Assembly: GCA_964016885.1 (NCBI GenBank) | Contig: OZ024765.1 | Span: 20,460,001-20,524,000 of the forward strand | Direction of reading: 5' to 3' | Length of the DNA stretch: 64,000 bases | Source of the DNA: Eledone cirrhosa | Lineage: Eukaryota | Shown here: positions 60,201-64,000 of the stretch, in pieces | How the letters are laid out: every line of letters begins with the position of its first letter | Position numbering within the stretch: the first letter of the stretch is position 1 | The notes under the pieces: generated by a model | Database searches by the model: none | Told to the model about the DNA's origin: nothing | Seen by the model: only the letters and a program-made list of their open reading frames with translations | Translations under genes and position numbers: made by a program

Positions 60201-63200
60201 GCTGAATACGTCTTTTGTTTTTTGTTGTTGATTCTTTCTAACCATTGTTTACTGTGAATGGTGACTGCAACGAACGTGGATTATTACCAAGTTTCACTGG
60301 ATGATTGTATTATTTTGTTGTCAGTGGACATCTGGACATCTATCTAAATACCTGGAATAAACACAAGGTGTGTGTTTTACGTAACATTTCATTTTAATGT
60401 CTGATGTTCCTGTATTTCACATTTAAAATGTAACCAAAAATAAACAAGACAGGGACGCTACATCAAAATAAACCACACAGACGAGGTACGAATAATCTAA
60501 AATTAATTTTAACAAACTATAAACGATGTTTAAAGAGAGACGAACATTAAAATAGGATTTCAAACAAACACGTAAACACAAAGACAATTACAGCCGCCAT
60601 AATCTAATATCTGAAGATCAACATTTTTCACGATAGAAATAAAACTAAATATGTAAAGTTTAGTGGCCCCTGATTTACTTGCTTTTAATTTCATTTTGTT
60701 AATCTGTATTCTGTAGACATATATTTATGATTTTAATGATGAAATCTCCTATTGTCTTTAAAAGATTATTACTTATAAACATTATAATAGTCACCTCCTC
60801 CTCTCGATTAATATGTAGCTTACCCACAGGGGTTCCTCAACTGGGCGGTTTCAACTGTTGGGTGGGCGATGAGCAGCTGAACAGAAAATTGAGGGCCATT
60901 GGAAACTTTGGTGGCCGATATAGAATTTTGAGATTTAAGAAGGTATGCTACCCGAAAACCCATTCAAGGAATATATGCAAAGTACCTGAATAAAAATCAG
61001 GAAGGTAATTGGGAAAATTAAACCAGGAACAAACATTTACGAAACATATTTGGTATACTTTGGAATATTTACTATACAGGTGGCTGGTGGAACATTTTTT
61101 CATGTGAATGTGGGAAATGACGCCAAAATATTTGGCAACCCTTGGCTTACACCTTACTAAATGTTCTGGAGACAAGCCTCTTAGCTATATATCATAGTTC
61201 TTCAATCCTTCATCTTCCACAGTTGGTGAAGTATTTCGATTTGATATGACGATCGCAGAGTTAGATTTAGGACGTGGTGGCGTTCATGGGTTTCTTAGTG
61301 TTGTTACTAGAAAGGGTCGACTCTGTCTTTCACACTTCAGGTTTTTTCATGAATTAAATATCCATTTTCTTTCTGATCGGTCTAACAATGATTTGAACCT
61401 ACAATGACTCCGTCTGTAATAATGTTCTCTTATTTGAAATATGCCATACCTAACTCCCGTGTCTGTGTGTGTGAAAAATATTCCAACTTAGAGCGACGTG
61501 CCCGTAAATTGTTTAGCCTGATTCCTATATATAGATAATGTGTAATATTTGAACCTTCATGGAGGGTCTTTGCCGTAATTTCCCGTAACTCCGACTAGAA
61601 GTCATTATGTAGTTTTTTTCGTCCGTTAAAAATAATGATTAAAACAATTCTATATCCACAGTTACATACACCTCTTCATCACCTATTATATTATTTCCAC
61701 CAATAACTACATTATATCCTTAAATATGACACCAAGACATATAATTTGTAAATAAAAGATAAAATATTAAAACCTCAATTTTTAAATAATTTTACCCCAC
61801 CTTTGTGTTCTCAGTGTTTAGATTAACCCATAATTTTATGATTTTGGAGCATATAACTTATAGTACCAGTCATGTACTGGTATCAATTTAACGGATTGGT
61901 TCCTCCCCGCAAATTACTTGACTTTTGCCTAAGTAAGACATACTCACAGAATGTATCGATGTACATGTATGAATGTATAGATATATATATATATTAGTAT
62001 ATTTTATGTTTACAATAAAAATAGACAAACAATTTAATGATAATATGAAATGAAATTATTATTATTTATTAATAATATTTTTATTGTTTTCACTGCATTA
62101 ACTTCTGAGTGCGACTTTGTTTTTCTTATTATTTTCTACTGTAAATGGCGGCTTAATTGGATTATTACTAAGGTTTACTGGATTGTGGTGTTTCTTTATT
62201 GTTTTATATTTCAATCAGTGGACGTCAGCTTGGCTTTCTATATACCTGGGATAAATGTAAAGAGTACTGACTTTCATCTGCAGTTCAATGGTGATGTCTT
62301 CTTATATTTTCATTTACTTCTGCAATACTGTATATTGTAGTCTTTTCATTATTTTAAATATTTCTATCATGTCACTCGTTTGATATATCTCCCCGAAAGA
62401 TATAGTAACTTCGGAGCTTTACATTGGAATAGTGTACTACTATTTAAATATTAGTCCTTTAAATATATATTTCTATTATGCCCCCCCCCCCCTCCCTTAG
62501 ATTTATCTTCTCTAAATTTGCAATCCCTAAAGTTTAACATCTTTCTTCAGAAGACAGATTTCTTAATAATTCTGGTGTTTTCTGTTTTGTTCTTTTCTGG
62601 ATTCCTTCAATAGCTTCTCCGTATTTTCTGAAGTCGTCTGACCATGCCCCAAAACAATATTCTAGGTCGTATCACACATATCATTCAACTAGTGTTTTAG
62701 ACCTCTCAACATTTAGCTAGGCAAAGGAATGTTTTATTATTCTTATCATCTGAATTCCTTTTTTTTCTTCAACATGTTTAGCCATCTTTAAAATCATATT
62801 CATACATATTCACAATTCCTCGTGGAGGGGTATAAGAGACATGTATAAATATAGCTGCATATTACTACAAAATAACTTGAACCATATCGCGAAACATTTT
62901 GTAAAGTATCTCTGTAATTATTCTCATTTCGATTTTCTGTAGAATGTATTGACGTTTAAGATAGAGACAATTGCCCTTCTTCTAATAATCTCTTTGTCCA
63001 TTCCATGTTTAGTCTCACAAAATATTGTTAATGCAAGACTTTGCTCTAATGTAATAAATGTTACTTTTAAAAGACCGAAGTTCTCAATTTTCTTCTTTCT
63101 CTTGTATATTGATATCTAAAGGATGACAAATGTATGAATTATGTGATAGGGAGGGGAAAAAAGCCACGACCTTCTTCTCTCGTTACAGAAGGCTAACTGA

Positions 63201-64000
63201 CAACGTCTTTCGCAGGAGTGACTAGTACTACTGCCTTTTATATACTGTGACAACTGGAAAGACGTGACAAATAAGGATACACTCTGCTCTCCTTGTCAAC
63301 ATTGTCCGAGTCTGTGGACCTTTCCTCCCTGGTTAAGGAGTGAGATAAAATATTAGGGATCAATCTCTAGCAATAATTTCATTAAATCATATTTAACCAG
63401 AGACTGTTATGTCGTGGTTGTTGCTATATTTTATAGTCGTGGTTTCAATGTTTAACAGGGGTTGTAGAATTAGCTTTATCTAATTATTATCAAACAAAAC
63501 AGATTTATATATTGTCGCCGTTGTACGTTAAAATCACATATATATTTATATACACACCAAGGATGGAGGGACGACGGAATTGAAAACCATTATTGCCGAG
63601 TACATCACGGCAAGATCTAATACACACACACACACACACTCTCCCGTATATATTTAATAATCAGCTATGACCATGAAGAAGGTCCCTGTAGATCACCTGG
63701 TTGTAGGATCTAATGAACCCGAAAGAACGTGAAAATATATTTTATGAAAGCCCCAGAAGAATAAATGTAAACATTGATCCGATTATAGTAGAAATAAGAA
63801 TGAGAAAGCCATGAACGCCAGCACATCTATTTTGCTTGGAAATTGAAAGTAGGTTTATAAATATAAATTTTTTCTTATGTTCTTGTATCTGTTTCGTTGG
63901 CCTAATGGTAGGTGTTAGAGACTATGTAGACACTGATGTGGTGTTCAATCTCAGTCCGAATCTGTACTATATATTTTTAAATTTAAATTTTTCTCTAGTA

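Larger units (their letters stand above)
22881..64000. repeat. Macrosatellite-like head-to-tail array of a ~4.59 kb composite unit, 9 copies, last truncated by window
   Basis: ttaatatttataaagttac marks unit starts at ~22881, 27413, 32008, 36580, 41159, 45757, 50354, 54944 and 59527; copies differ by scattered SNPs and small indels. Confidence 0.98.

Noticed and set aside
22881-64000. rDNA, 5S, histone or snRNA tandem gene repeat
   Set aside because: No recognisable rRNA, 5S, histone or U-snRNA sequence in the unit

Overview
AT-rich eukaryotic genomic DNA. The C2H2 array style, tRNA-SINEs and giant (TA)n tract suggest a coleoid cephalopod such as Octopus (inference). 1-9.2 kb holds TE debris (a Penelope GIY-YIG remnant with an adjacent hammerhead ribozyme, MITEs, SINEs) and a 3.5 kb 79/81-bp minisatellite. 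9.6-13.4 kb is a frameshifted, highly homogenised C2H2 zinc-finger array of about 43 in-frame fingers. 13.7-21.25 kb is a 7.5 kb (TA)n tract. 21.26-22.88 kb is the 3' part of a Penelope element. From 22.88 kb to the window end run nine head-to-tail copies of a ~4.59 kb unit, the most unusual feature. Each unit has a long hairpin with a branched (T/Y-like) loop and four Pol III-type tRNA-like modules with conserved upstream flanks. It also has two apparently paralogous minus-strand cassettes (TATA, short leader, ~52-nt intron, a different decayed LINE RT fragment, then a shared 3' block ending in a ...PDVH* micro-ORF and AATAAA). All calls are by eye; no searches were run.
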